Part shown: positions 1-8,764 of the stretch, in pieces
Position numbering within the stretch: position 1 is the first letter of the stretch
Layout of the letters: every line of letters begins with the position of its first letter
Virus record (IMG/VR): IMGVR_UViG_3300021086_000004
Span: 1-64,000 of that record
From: a virus
Lineage: Duplodnaviria; Caudoviricetes
DNA: 64,000 nt
Reading direction: 5' to 3' (one strand)
Translations under genes and position numbers: made by a program
The notes under the pieces: model-generated
Seen by the model: the letters and a program-made list of their open reading frames with translations, nothing else
The model's database searches: none
Told to the model about the DNA's origin: nothing

Positions 1-53
1 GCTACCGTCGGTGTTCTCGACTGGCATCGAGCTACCCCGAGGGGAGGCCTGAC

Positions 54-365
54 ATGGGTACACGGAGATTCGTCCGGCTCGACCACCGCGTCGCGACCAC
101 GGTCCTGGCTGATGTGACACCCGCCGAGGCCGCCGGACACCGCCGGACCGACGCGCAGATGCGCGCGGTCGCGCGCAGGGCCGCACGCCGCAGCCGCAGG
201 CACCCCGAGCAGGGCCGGCCGAGTCTGCTTCCCAACCTCGCTGACATCTCCATGGCCGCCCTTCTGGGGCTGGACTCCCCTGCGCTGCGTAAGGCGCTGG
301 CCCGGGTGATGGGCGAGGCCGTCACGGGTCCGCAGGCCGCAGCCGGGTTCAACTCCGCCCTCTGA
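54..365 (+). CDS. Hypothetical protein
   Basis: GGGGAGG RBS before the ATG; followed by a palindrome. Confidence 0.5.
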   Translation: MGTRRFVRLDHRVATTVLADVTPAEAAGHRRTDAQMRAVARRAARRSRRHPEQGRPSLLPNLADISMAALLGLDSPALRKALARVMGEAVTGPQAAAGFNSAL

Positions 366-367
366 AC

Positions 368-393
368 CCACCGGCCCGCGCGCGGGCCGGTGG
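368..393. terminator. Perfect 26-bp palindrome, probable terminator
   Basis: CCACCGGCCCGCG-CGCGGGCCGGTGG just after the stop at 365. Confidence 0.6.
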
Positions 394-634
394 CCGCCCG
401 TACGCGGCTGTCGTGACCGCCCTGGGGGTTGAGGGGACGGGGTGCGGCCCTGCCCGGCGGGAGGCCGGACAGGGCCGCGGGGTGGGTCATGGCCGGCTGT
501 GCGGTGGCCGGGCCGCTGCCGATGGTACGGCCACCCCCCTGGGGCGGCCTACGGGACGCGCGGGGCCACCCGGGCCGGGAACCCTTCCGTCTGCATGTTG
601 CATCCAGCAATGCGACGGGTGGACGATCCCCCCC

Positions 635-1519
635 ATGACCCCAACGCCCAGCCCCGTCGCCGCCCGCCGCCGGCTCGCCGCCGAACTCCGCCGAGCCCGA
701 GCCGCCGCCGGCCTCACCCTCCAAGCCGCCGCCGCCCACCTCGAATGCTCCGGCGCGAAAGTCGGCCGCATCGAGAACCGCCTCGTCGGCGCCTCCATCG
801 TCGACGTCCGCGCCCTCGCCGACCTGTACGGCGTCACCGGGGCCGCCCTCGACGCCCTCCTCGGCCTCGCGCGGCAGGCCCGCGGCCGGGGCTGGTGGCA
901 CGCCTACGGCGACATGATCGGCGACGCGTTCGCCACGTACATCGGCCTAGAAGACGAGGCCGCGGGCGTGGACACGTACGAGGGGTACGTGATCCCCGGA
1001 CTGTTGCAGACCCCGGCCTACGCGCGGGCGGTCATGCAGGCCCGCCGGGACGACCCGCCCGAGACCGTGGAACGCGGCGCGGCCCTGCGCGCGACCCGGC
1101 AGGAGATCCTCGACCGGCCGGAGCCGCCCACGCTGCGGGCCGTCATCGACGAGGCCGCCCTGCTGCGCCCGGCCGGCGATGGCGAGGCGGCGGCGGGGCA
1201 GTACCGCCACCTGCTCGACCTGGCAGCCCGACCGTCGGTGACGGTTCAGGTGCTGCCGCTGGACGCCGCGCCCGTGGACGGCCGGGTGTCGTTCACGGTG
1301 CTCAGGTTCGCGGACCCCGGGGAGCCGGCGGTGACGTACGCGGAGCTGTTGACGGAGGCGTACCTGGTTGACCGGGCGGAGGACGTGGGCCGGTACGCGG
1401 CGCAGTTCGACGCGCTCCGCGGCGCGGCGCTCGACCCGGAGGCGTCGGCGGAGATGATCCGTGGGCTGCTGGCGGCGTCCGAGGGCGGGAGGGTCGTGAC
1501 GGCGACCCGCCGCGGCTGA
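635..1519 (+). CDS. XRE-family HTH regulator with DUF5753-type C-terminal domain (WhiJ/Scr1-like)
   Basis: RRRLAAELRRARAAAGLT...KVGRIEN HTH; GWW, IPGLLQTPAYARA, RQEIL, VIDEAAL motifs; start trimmed to ATG 635. Confidence 0.9.
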   Translation: MTPTPSPVAARRRLAAELRRARAAAGLTLQAAAAHLECSGAKVGRIENRLVGASIVDVRALADLYGVTGAALDALLGLARQARGRGWWHAYGDMIGDAFATYIGLEDEAAGVDTYEGYVIPGLLQTPAYARAVMQARRDDPPETVERGAALRATRQEILDRPEPPTLRAVIDEAALLRPAGDGEAAAGQYRHLLDLAARPSVTVQVLPLDAAPVDGRVSFTVLRFADPGEPAVTYAELLTEAYLVDRAEDVGRYAAQFDALRGAALDPEASAEMIRGLLAASEGGRVVTATRRG

Positions 1520-1539
1520 CGCGGCGCGGTGATGCCGTC

Positions 1540-2076
1540 TTACCGGCGGGTGGCTCGGCGACGGTCGTCGAGCCATTGCCGCAGGTCACCCGGGCTGACT
1601 TCGCCAGCGGGCCGGCCGCGGCCCATGTCGATCCCGGCCTCGCGGTACGCGCGGACCTGAGCCTCCGAACACATCACCCGGCCACCACGCGGGGGGCCGT
1701 CGTTGCCGTACAGGGGCGGGAGCGGGGCGGCGTGGCGCCACGGCAGGAGCCGCCTAGCCCACCACCGGCCGACGAACCCGGCGATCGCGGGCCAGTCGTA
1801 CCCGGCACCCAGCAGGCCCACGGCGTAGGCGACGATCGCAGCGCGCCGCGCGTCGACCAGGTCGACGTCGGACCACACGAACTCCTGCGGACGGGCGACC
1901 CGGCGACGGCAGCCAGCCGGCATGGGTTCGATGATGACGATCTGCCCGTCCGGCCGGACCTGCTCACACGTCGCCGCGTGACCGTATCGGGAGAACGTGC
2001 CGAGCCTCACGGCTCGCATCGCCCAGCCCGACCCCGCCGCCAACCCGAAGTCCCCCTCCCGGGGGGCGAACGCCAC
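1540..2076 (-). CDS. Permuted papain-like amidase (YiiX/NlpC-P60 superfamily)
   Basis: GDFGL...SRYGHAA (His) precedes GAGYDW and VMCSE (Cys), the permuted order. Confidence 0.7.
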   Translation of the reverse strand: MAFAPREGDFGLAAGSGWAMRAVRLGTFSRYGHAATCEQVRPDGQIVIIEPMPAGCRRRVARPQEFVWSDVDLVDARRAAIVAYAVGLLGAGYDWPAIAGFVGRWWARRLLPWRHAAPLPPLYGNDGPPRGGRVMCSEAQVRAYREAGIDMGRGRPAGEVSPGDLRQWLDDRRRATRR

Positions 2077-2079
2077 CGG

Positions 2080-2340
2080 TCAGACGCCCGGGGCCAGCGA
2101 CGCGCTGTCCTTGCGGCTGACAGCCTTCGCGACGATGCCCTTGAGGACGGCCAGGACAGCGACGATCCCCGCCACCGCGGCCTTCTTCGGCACCGACAGG
2201 TTCGTGATCTGGTCGATCTGGAACCAGCCGCCGGCTACCAGGGTGCCGGCGAACGCCTCGGCGAACGTCGCGGCGACCCGCTCGGCGAGGTCCTTGGCGT
2301 AGGTGGCGGCCTGGCCGGGAGTGGGGGCGGAGTGGGGCAT
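2080..2340 (-). CDS. Holin (actinophage r1t-like)
   Basis: KDLAERVAATFAEAF motif, two hydrophobic helices, AGGAG RBS, at the end of the lysis operon. Confidence 0.8.
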   Translation of the reverse strand: MPHSAPTPGQAATYAKDLAERVAATFAEAFAGTLVAGGWFQIDQITNLSVPKKAAVAGIVAVLAVLKGIVAKAVSRKDSASLAPGV

Positions 2341-2401
2341 GGGGGCTCCTGTCAGCGGCCGATGTCGACGGCGATCCGGTGGGCGATCCATTCCGCGGGG
2401 G

Positions 2402-3316
2402 TCACGCCTGCCCGCGCAGCACGCGCCACAACCACCGCACCCACGTGACCGGGGAGTACCACGGCGGCGGAAAAGGGCGCGGCCCCGGCGGGATCGGGTC
2501 GGGGGTGACGTGGACGGGGAACGGCCGGCCGGTGATCTGCTCGAACGCTGCGGCGAACGCGGCCAGGTCGAACCCGGCGCGGAACCCGGGGTGGTCCAGG
2601 TGCTCGGGGAGGAGGACGGCCCACGCCTCGTCGCGCTGCGCGTCCAAGAAGCGGGCGGTCATGTGGACGCGCTTCTGCCACGACGCGCAGTCCTCTTCGG
2701 CGCGGCCGGCAGCCGAATAGGCGCCGGTGGGGACGCAGTGACCACCGACTGCCGGGCCGGGGGCCTCGTCCCACACGCCGTTGTCGAACTGGTCGCCGAC
2801 CTGCGCGGCGGTCAGCGTGAGGCCGTTGACCGGCCCCATCGCGAGCCAGGCGGCGGCCTTGAGCATCTCGTCGTCCGCGGTCGACACGGCGGCGAACCCC
2901 AGGATCAGGCCCTTGCGGGTGAGCCAGGCGAGGAAGTCCTGGATGACCATCCCGCCGTCGTGATCGCTGCCGGGACCGTTCGTGTCAGCCGACGCGGCGG
3001 GGTCGAAGGCGGGGTTCTGGGTGCGGTACCAGGCCACGATGTCCTGCTCGCTGGCCTGCACGGCGGTGCCGGTGAGTAGCTGGGTGGCCATCCGCCGGAA
3101 GTGATCGAACGCCGTCGGTACACAGGTGCCCGCACGGTCGTTCAGGTCCATGGCCAGCGCGACGCCGTCCATCAGGTCGGCGGCGAGCGGGTGCTCTGGC
3201 ACGCCGCGGACGGCGCCGGTCGAGCGGAGCAGGAGCCGCGGCTTGAACGGGTCGTTCGGGCGGAGGCCGAGTTTCCGGGTCGGGTGGCCGTGGACGCCCT
3301 GCGCGGGACCGGTCAC
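2402..3316 (-). CDS. Papain-like (C1-related) cysteine peptidase
   Basis: LNDRAGTCV (Cys), GGHCVPTGAY (His), SW motif; GTGA overlap at 3313-3316. Confidence 0.7.
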   Translation of the reverse strand: MTGPAQGVHGHPTRKLGLRPNDPFKPRLLLRSTGAVRGVPEHPLAADLMDGVALAMDLNDRAGTCVPTAFDHFRRMATQLLTGTAVQASEQDIVAWYRTQNPAFDPAASADTNGPGSDHDGGMVIQDFLAWLTRKGLILGFAAVSTADDEMLKAAAWLAMGPVNGLTLTAAQVGDQFDNGVWDEAPGPAVGGHCVPTGAYSAAGRAEEDCASWQKRVHMTARFLDAQRDEAWAVLLPEHLDHPGFRAGFDLAAFAAAFEQITGRPFPVHVTPDPIPPGPRPFPPPWYSPVTWVRWLWRVLRGQA

Positions 3317-3621
3317 TGCTCGACCCGCTCGGGCCAATGCCACGTGCCGCCGGCCTTGCCGTCCTCGTCATGCGAGCACTCGTTGAAGAACTCGCCCGTG
3401 GGGCTGAGCACGGCAAGCGAGCAGGCATCCTCGATGAACCACTGGCGTACGTCGCGCGCCCGGTGCCCCTCGGTCGCGTCGTGCGCCGCGACGTGCGCCG
3501 TTTGGACGGTCACCCAGCACCCGACCTCGGTGACCATTGCGGCTCGACACGTGCTCGCGTACTCCCCACCCGGGGTTCCATATGACCGATAATGGACAAT
3601 CCGGCCCACGCTGGGGGTCAT
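3313..3621 (-). CDS. Conserved actinophage hypothetical protein
   Basis: PSVGRIVHY...CRAAMVTEV...GTWHWPERV pattern. Confidence 0.75.
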   Translation of the reverse strand: MTPSVGRIVHYRSYGTPGGEYASTCRAAMVTEVGCWVTVQTAHVAAHDATEGHRARDVRQWFIEDACSLAVLSPTGEFFNECSHDEDGKAGGTWHWPERVEQ

Positions 3622-3830
3622 CCGACGGCCTTCCCGTCGCGGCGGATCTCGACACCGTCCAGCGTCGGAACGACATCGAGGATCCGCTGGTCGGCCAGGT
3701 ACTGGACGTGCATGACCAGCGCGGAGTCCGGTCGGGCGTCGATGACCACGCGGACGATCTTCTCACCCGACGGAAGCACCCCCGCGGCGACCAGTGCCTG
3801 AACGAACGCCGGCCCGCTGATCACGCTCAC
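3618..3830 (-). CDS. Hypothetical protein
   Basis: Translationally coupled at both ends. Confidence 0.65.
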   Translation of the reverse strand: MSVISGPAFVQALVAAGVLPSGEKIVRVVIDARPDSALVMHVQYLADQRILDVVPTLDGVEIRRDGKAVG

Positions 3831-4966
3831 GTCGTCGACCTAGGTGGGGTGAACGCGGTCCGGAACCGGGCCATCACCGCATCCGCCACCTGCGCGGGGT
3901 ACCCCGGGTCACCAGGGTTGCCGCCCTGACCGGCGATCTCCCGCACCGCCTCCGCCACTGCGGCCTGCATGGCGGCCTGCGACTGCGCCACCGCCGCGAG
4001 GACCTTGGCCTCGTCGTCACCCAGGGCGGCGACCTTCGACGTCACCGTCGCCAACTGGGCGGCCACGCCGGTCAACTGCGCCGCGGTCGCGGCCAGGCTG
4101 GACTTCAGCGGCGCGAGCTCGTCCTGCAGGTACTGGTGGGTGGGGTCGGACAGGGCGGTGATGACCTCCTGCCGGACCATCGACTTCACCACGTCAGACG
4201 TGAAGTAGGCCTTCAGGTCGGCGACGTCGGCTGCGGACATACTCGTGTCCCCCTCCCCCGGCCACGGCCGGAGCGTGCGGTTGAAGTCGCAGCCCATCGG
4301 CAGCCCGGGAATCCCGAGACGGGTCGACGTGTACTGCCTGGCCCAGACCTGATCCCGCGCCCAGCCGTCGGGCAGCTCGATCTGGTCGTCGGGCTGCCCC
4401 GGCGTGTAGTCCGACACCCAGCCGACGCGCCAGCCGACGGGGAGGATGTCGAGGCGGACGGTGTTCGGCCGGGTGTGGGAGTCGAACCACGGCGCGGAGT
4501 ACACGCAGCCGTCCAGGTACCCGGACGCGGTCGCGCGGCGGGTGAACGCGACCGCTGAGGCGCGAGCGCGTGACGGCGTCAGGACGTCCTCGGAGTCCAG
4601 GCACAGCCGGTCCACCCCGCCCGGGCGCAGCCGCCCGCCCGCGCCGTTCAGGAGCCGGGAGATGAACCAGTCGAACTGGGCGCCGCCGTCGGACGCGGCC
4701 CGGTCGAAGTGGTAGCCGAGGAACCACCTGCCGCGGCGGACGGCGGTGTCGTAGGCGCCGCGCCACGTCGGGTCTTCGTAGCCAACCCCTTCGGTGATCT
4801 TCCAGGCGATGCCCAGGTAGCCGGCGTCGAAGTAGCGTTCGGCGGTCGCCGCTGCCGCGGCGTAGGTCTGCGCGGCGGGGGTCTTGGCCGGAAGCGCCCA
4901 TGCGGCGGTGTCGCGGCGGAGGCCGACTGGCCGGAAGTGGGAGAAGTCGCCGAACTCCTCGGTCAC
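3827..4966 (-). CDS. Endolysin, GH25 muramidase with C-terminal helical/coiled-coil domain
   Basis: DFSHF, KITEGVGYED, GYHF, CLDSED (DxE), QYTS, CDFN GH25 motifs; GTG start overlaps the upstream TGA. Confidence 0.85.
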   Translation of the reverse strand: MTEEFGDFSHFRPVGLRRDTAAWALPAKTPAAQTYAAAAATAERYFDAGYLGIAWKITEGVGYEDPTWRGAYDTAVRRGRWFLGYHFDRAASDGGAQFDWFISRLLNGAGGRLRPGGVDRLCLDSEDVLTPSRARASAVAFTRRATASGYLDGCVYSAPWFDSHTRPNTVRLDILPVGWRVGWVSDYTPGQPDDQIELPDGWARDQVWARQYTSTRLGIPGLPMGCDFNRTLRPWPGEGDTSMSAADVADLKAYFTSDVVKSMVRQEVITALSDPTHQYLQDELAPLKSSLAATAAQLTGVAAQLATVTSKVAALGDDEAKVLAAVAQSQAAMQAAVAEAVREIAGQGGNPGDPGYPAQVADAVMARFRTAFTPPRSTT

Positions 4967-5370
4967 GGCGTCACCGGGGCAGGGCGCGGAACGGGCGGCC
5001 AGGGGACGTGGGGTTTGGGGCCGGTGCCGTCCCACGGCACGGCGTAGCCCTGGTCGACGAGCCACGCGCCGACGTTCCACACCCTCGCCCCGCTCGGCGC
5101 CGGCTCGGTTACGAGGACGTCGGCGTCGAACCGGCCGGCGTACTTGTCGGCCTTGACGGAGCGGACGGTCACGGGGCCGAGGCCGAGGATGGTCGCGAGG
5201 CCGGCGCGGGCCTCTGGTCCGCCTGGCTCGGTCAGTTCGGCGGCATTGATCCCGTTGATGCGGCAGGACATGCGGACGGTGACGTAGAAGCCCAGGTCGA
5301 CCGCCGCCGTGAAGGTGTCCCCGTCGATCACGGTCACGACGGTGGCCGCGCGGACGTACTGGTCCTTCAC
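4963..5370 (-). CDS. Thermonuclease (SNase) family protein
   Basis: VIDGDT, RINGINAAE, DKYAGR, LVDQGYA motifs. Confidence 0.9.
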   Translation of the reverse strand: MKDQYVRAATVVTVIDGDTFTAAVDLGFYVTVRMSCRINGINAAELTEPGGPEARAGLATILGLGPVTVRSVKADKYAGRFDADVLVTEPAPSGARVWNVGAWLVDQGYAVPWDGTGPKPHVPWPPVPRPAPVTP

Positions 5371-5382
5371 GTCGCCTCCCGG

Positions 5383-5396
5383 GCGGAGGGTAACCC
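5383..5396 (-). promoter_or_regulatory. Putative late-promoter motif, copy 1 (contains -10 TACCCT)
   Basis: GGGTTACCCTCCGC on the minus strand upstream of RBS GGGAGG and GTG 5370; identical copy at 35506. Confidence 0.45.
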
Positions 5397-5460
5397 GCAG
5401 GGGTGATCCACTGCGGGAGGTTGCGCGGGGAGTATCGCCGCGCTCCGGCGACCCTGCGAC

Positions 5461-5498
5461 CAGTACCCCGATTTAGGGTACTGCGGTAAGATTCTGGC
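5461..5498 (+). promoter_or_regulatory. Operator-like inverted repeat and -10 of a leaderless XRE promoter
   Basis: CAGTACCC-N7-GGGTACTG; TAAGAT at 5487-5492, 6 nt before GTG 5499. Confidence 0.55.
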
Positions 5499-5735
5499 GT
5501 GATCGAACCCCCCAACATCGCCGCGTTGAGCCTCCCCAACAGGTACAGCGCACGGCGAATCCGCGAAGCATCAGGGTGGACACGGCAAGCGGTCGCCGCC
5601 GCCCTCGGCGTACACCAACAGACCGTTGTCGAATGGGAGCTCGGAATATCCGTCCCCGGCCGACGCCACATGTGGCCGTACGCCGACCTGCTGGACCGGC
5701 TGAACCAGATGGGCTCGCAGGCGGCGACCGGGTGA
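5499..5735 (+). CDS. XRE/Cro-like HTH regulator (paralog of 37281-37508)
   Basis: RRIREASGWTRQAVAAALGVHQQTVVEWELG. Confidence 0.85.
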   Translation: MIEPPNIAALSLPNRYSARRIREASGWTRQAVAAALGVHQQTVVEWELGISVPGRRHMWPYADLLDRLNQMGSQAATG

Positions 5736-5850
5736 AAAAGCGGCGAGGCCGCCCAGTTTGCGCCTGGGCGGCCAGTTACCACTATCTCCGCGTCCCCAGT
5801 GTAACGACACCGGCTAGTCAGCAGCCGGTGTCGCCCAGACGGGGCGCCAG

Positions 5851-6636
5851 ATGAGCCAAGGCGAGCGGCATCTCAAGCTCGTGCGACGCGCGCCCCGGTC
5901 CCGCCCGCTCGCTACCCCGGTGTCCGATATGCGGAAGTGGCGGGACGCCCTGTTGAGGTCGCCGCTGACTCCCGCGGAGAAGCTCGTGCTGTTGCTCGCG
6001 TCCGAGGGTGCGACAGCGGCGGGGGATGTGCCGATGGACCACGGCGCGCTGGCCGAGCGGCTCGGGACCGCCACCCGCACTGTCCGGTGCCACCTGGGGA
6101 CGGCCCGGGCGGCGGGGTGGCTGGGCGAGTACCCGTCGATCAAACCGGCGAGCACCCGCACCGGGCGAAGGCCGATGCACTACCGCGCCATGATCCCGAA
6201 CGGTGGCTAGAGGTCGGCCAGTGTCCTCTTCGGACAGTGGCTACAAACCAAAGCACCGTTCGCGGCCGCAGGTCGGCCACTGTCCGAGTTGGACAATGGC
6301 TACAGGTCGGCCACCGTCCGGGTGGGGCAAACCGGGGCATGGGTGGGCGAAAGTTGCCGCTTCTCTAAGACGACACCTGAGAGCCCTACCGGACCACGAC
6401 TACCCGCCCACCTCGCGACCGCAGGCGGAGACACGCGCGTGGGCACGCGCAGATGCGCGCGTTCACGTCGCGGTCGGCCGCCAGGTCGACCCTCCGGAGG
6501 AGCAACCCACGAGACAAGCCCACCCAGAACCACGCGCGCCACGGCACCACCACCAGACCACCCGCACCTCACCCCACGCGTGAACTACGGGAGCCCGGAG
6601 GTAAGCCCGGGAGGGCACGCAGACAGACCACCCTGA
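5851..6636 (+). pseudogene. Rep-like winged-HTH replication initiator interrupted by an in-frame TAG at 6208-6210
   Basis: N-terminal wHTH (LTPAEKLVLL...LAERLGTATRTV...GWL); the frame stays open from 6211 to 6636; sister repeats read TAC where this copy reads TAG. Confidence 0.55.
6204..6320. repeat. Iteron-like direct repeats
   Basis: AGGTCGGCCA at 6211, 6270 and 6304; TGGCTA(C/G) three times. Confidence 0.7.
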
Positions 6637-6760
6637 TCGTTCGAAGTTCAAGGACCACGACGAGACAGCACGCGCGCCCGGCAACCGGCGTCCCCCGGCC
6701 GACCTACTCGCGTTACGGAGCTAGACCACAGACCGCGCGCGCGAGGCCGCCACGGCCCAG

Positions 6761-7330
6761 CTACGGGCCGTGGCGGCTCGCCAACACAACCGAGATCACA
6801 CCGAAGATCAGCACCAGCAGCACCGACACCGCCCCCAGCACCGCACCCAGGTTCAGCCTGGTCTCACCCGTCTGCGCCTTCACGCCCTGCGCCTCGTACT
6901 GCGCCCGCCGCAGGTCCGCGATGTCCTTCTGGATCGGCTCCAACGCCGCCGCCAGCGCCGTCGTCGCCGCAGCCGCAGCGGCGGCGACCTGCGTCCGCAA
7001 CGTCTCGGCGGACACCGCGACCTGGGTGGCGAGGGTCGCGGCGGCCTGCGCGGACACCTCAGCGGCCCGGTTCACCGCCCCCACGTCGACAGCCCGGATC
7101 GCGTCGATCCGGGCGGTCTCCGCCTCCCGCAGCTTCGTGTCGTACACCGCCCGCAGTGTCGACATGTCCCGGACGTGGCGTTCGGCGGCTTCGCGGAGGT
7201 CATCTTGGCGTTGGATGGCGGATCTGACGAGGGAGAGGACGTTGCGGGTGGGGTCGCCGACGCGCTGGCCGATGGGGTCGCCAGCCGACCCGGGGCCGCC
7301 CCCGATGGGCGGGTCATCGGCGTCCGGCAC
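6761..7330 (-). CDS. Coiled-coil protein with C-terminal transmembrane helix (possible lysis accessory)
   Basis: Ala-rich helical body; LGAVLGAVSVLLVLIFGVISVVL TM segment. Confidence 0.7.
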   Translation of the reverse strand: MPDADDPPIGGGPGSAGDPIGQRVGDPTRNVLSLVRSAIQRQDDLREAAERHVRDMSTLRAVYDTKLREAETARIDAIRAVDVGAVNRAAEVSAQAAATLATQVAVSAETLRTQVAAAAAAATTALAAALEPIQKDIADLRRAQYEAQGVKAQTGETRLNLGAVLGAVSVLLVLIFGVISVVLASRHGP

Positions 7331-7438
7331 CCCATGATCGTCCCACGAAAGGGCTGGTGGGGTGCGTGGACGTTGGCTACGGGCCTCCGCGTGCGAGGCC
7401 GCCGGACACGGCGCCACAGTGCGACGTCCGGGGACGGC

Positions 7439-7651
7439 ATGGACGAACTCCGAGACCAGTACGCCGCGGGCCGCAAGGCCATGATCGATGCGTTCGCCGA
7501 ACTGACCACCCTGGCCCTGCGGGCAGGCGTGGACGAAGACGCGGTCACGGCTCTGCACGGGCAGTTTTTCGACGGCAACGTGGAGGCCAAGCGCGCCTGG
7601 CGGACCTGCCTACTGCTGGCCGAGATCCTCACGCCCCGGGGCAGCGCCTGA
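7439..7651 (+). CDS. Hypothetical protein
   Basis: GGGGA RBS before ATG 7439; helical 70-aa product. Confidence 0.55.
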   Translation: MDELRDQYAAGRKAMIDAFAELTTLALRAGVDEDAVTALHGQFFDGNVEAKRAWRTCLLLAEILTPRGSA

Positions 7652-7667
7652 GCCTTCGCGAGCGTGC

Positions 7668-7696
7668 TTGCCATCCGAGATGTAGCGCGCTACGAT
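7668..7696 (+). promoter_or_regulatory. Housekeeping-sigma promoter, leaderless
   Basis: TTGCCA-N17-TACGAT-N6-ATG(7703); palindrome GTAGCGCGCTAC at 7682-7693 overlaps it. Confidence 0.7.
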
Positions 7697-7702
7697 TCAG
7701 GC

Positions 7703-7975
7703 ATGACGCAGACGACCGAGGCAGCCGTTCTCAACACCCTCCACGCCATCGCCGACAACTACGGCGGCTACCGCGACGCGACCGCGACCACTGACAGCAC
7801 CGGCCAGGTCGACGCCTACGTCGCAGGCGCCGACTGGTACGTCCGCCTCACCTACACCCTGGCCGGCAACGCCGCCACGCTCCTCGACCAGAAGGGCTCG
7901 GACGCCTGGATCACCGGCCAGGCCAGCAGTGCCGTCCTGGCGACCCTGAGCGACCGCGGCTACTGGGCCGCGTAA
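7703..7975 (+). CDS. Hypothetical protein
   Basis: Leaderless start; typical GC-rich codon bias. Confidence 0.7.
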   Translation: MTQTTEAAVLNTLHAIADNYGGYRDATATTDSTGQVDAYVAGADWYVRLTYTLAGNAATLLDQKGSDAWITGQASSAVLATLSDRGYWAA

Positions 7976-7987
7976 CCCACGGGCCGA

Positions 7988-8005
7988 AACGCCCCGAGGG
8001 GCGTT
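7988..8005 (+). terminator. Hairpin after 7975
   Basis: AACGCCC-CGAG-GGGCGTT. Confidence 0.45.
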
Positions 8006-8062
8006 CGCCAGTCACGCTGACGAGGCCCTGACCGTCACCCGCATCCCCGGAAGGAACCAGCC

Positions 8063-8383
8063 GTGAGCGTCAACTACTACCTCCGCACCGACCAGGACAA
8101 CGGCATCGCCAAGGACTCCGACGGCGACCCTGGCATCCACCTCGGCAAGTTCTCCGGCCAGCGCTTCCACGTCCGCGCACGCCCCGGCCAGATCGACAAC
8201 TTCGACCAGTGGACCGCACTCGTCCGGACCGGCACCGTCGTCGCAGAGCACGGCCTCGAAGAGCACACCGAGGAGTGGCTCGACTGGGTCCTTCAGACCG
8301 CCCAGAACGGCCGCCACGAGTGGCCGACCGGTGAGCAGTACGTGGACTGCGGCCTGATCTTCTCCCCGTACGAGTTCTGCTGA
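8063..8383 (+). CDS. Conserved phage hypothetical protein
   Basis: SVNYYL...IHLGK...EFC pattern; AAGGAA RBS. Confidence 0.7.
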   Translation: MSVNYYLRTDQDNGIAKDSDGDPGIHLGKFSGQRFHVRARPGQIDNFDQWTALVRTGTVVAEHGLEEHTEEWLDWVLQTAQNGRHEWPTGEQYVDCGLIFSPYEFC

Positions 8384-8616
8384 TGACCGCCGACGCCGCC
8401 GGCCGGGTCGCGGAAGCCACCGCCGCCCTCGCCCTCGCCTCCGTCGCACTGGCCGAGCGCGACGACGCGTGGCGCGCGGCCATCCGCGCCGCGCTCGCGG
8501 ACGGCATGGACGCTCCCACCGTGGCCCGCCTCGCCCGGATCTCCGTGTCCCGCGTGTACCAGATCCGCGACGGCCGCCGCACCGGACCAACACCCACCAC
8601 GGAGGCGGCGCAGTGA
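8383..8616 (+). CDS. Small HTH DNA-binding protein
   Basis: WRAAIRAALADG...VARLARISVSRVYQI. Confidence 0.75.
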   Translation: MTADAAGRVAEATAALALASVALAERDDAWRAAIRAALADGMDAPTVARLARISVSRVYQIRDGRRTGPTPTTEAAQ

Positions 8617-8708
8617 CCACCCGCCGAGGCGTGCTCGCGGATCTCGCGGTCGGGGTCTACAACGCGACGCCGCTGTGCGTGGCGCTGCTGGTCATCCTGT
8701 TCCCGTAG
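8613..8708 (+). CDS. Small membrane peptide
   Basis: GTGA overlap, GGAGG RBS, hydrophobic C-terminus. Confidence 0.45.
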   Translation: MTTRRGVLADLAVGVYNATPLCVALLVILFP

Positions 8709-8764
8709 ACCGGCCGACCCGAGCGCCCTCACCGCTCCCGCCGATTGTCAACTACGCTTACACC

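Noticed and set aside
3827-5782. ORF-track starts for the endolysin (5782), TerL (41692), RecT-like (58004) and Ro60 (9282) genes
   Set aside because: The extensions overlap other genes or ncRNAs; stop/start overlaps or RBSs indicate starts at 4966, 41134, 57653 and 9426
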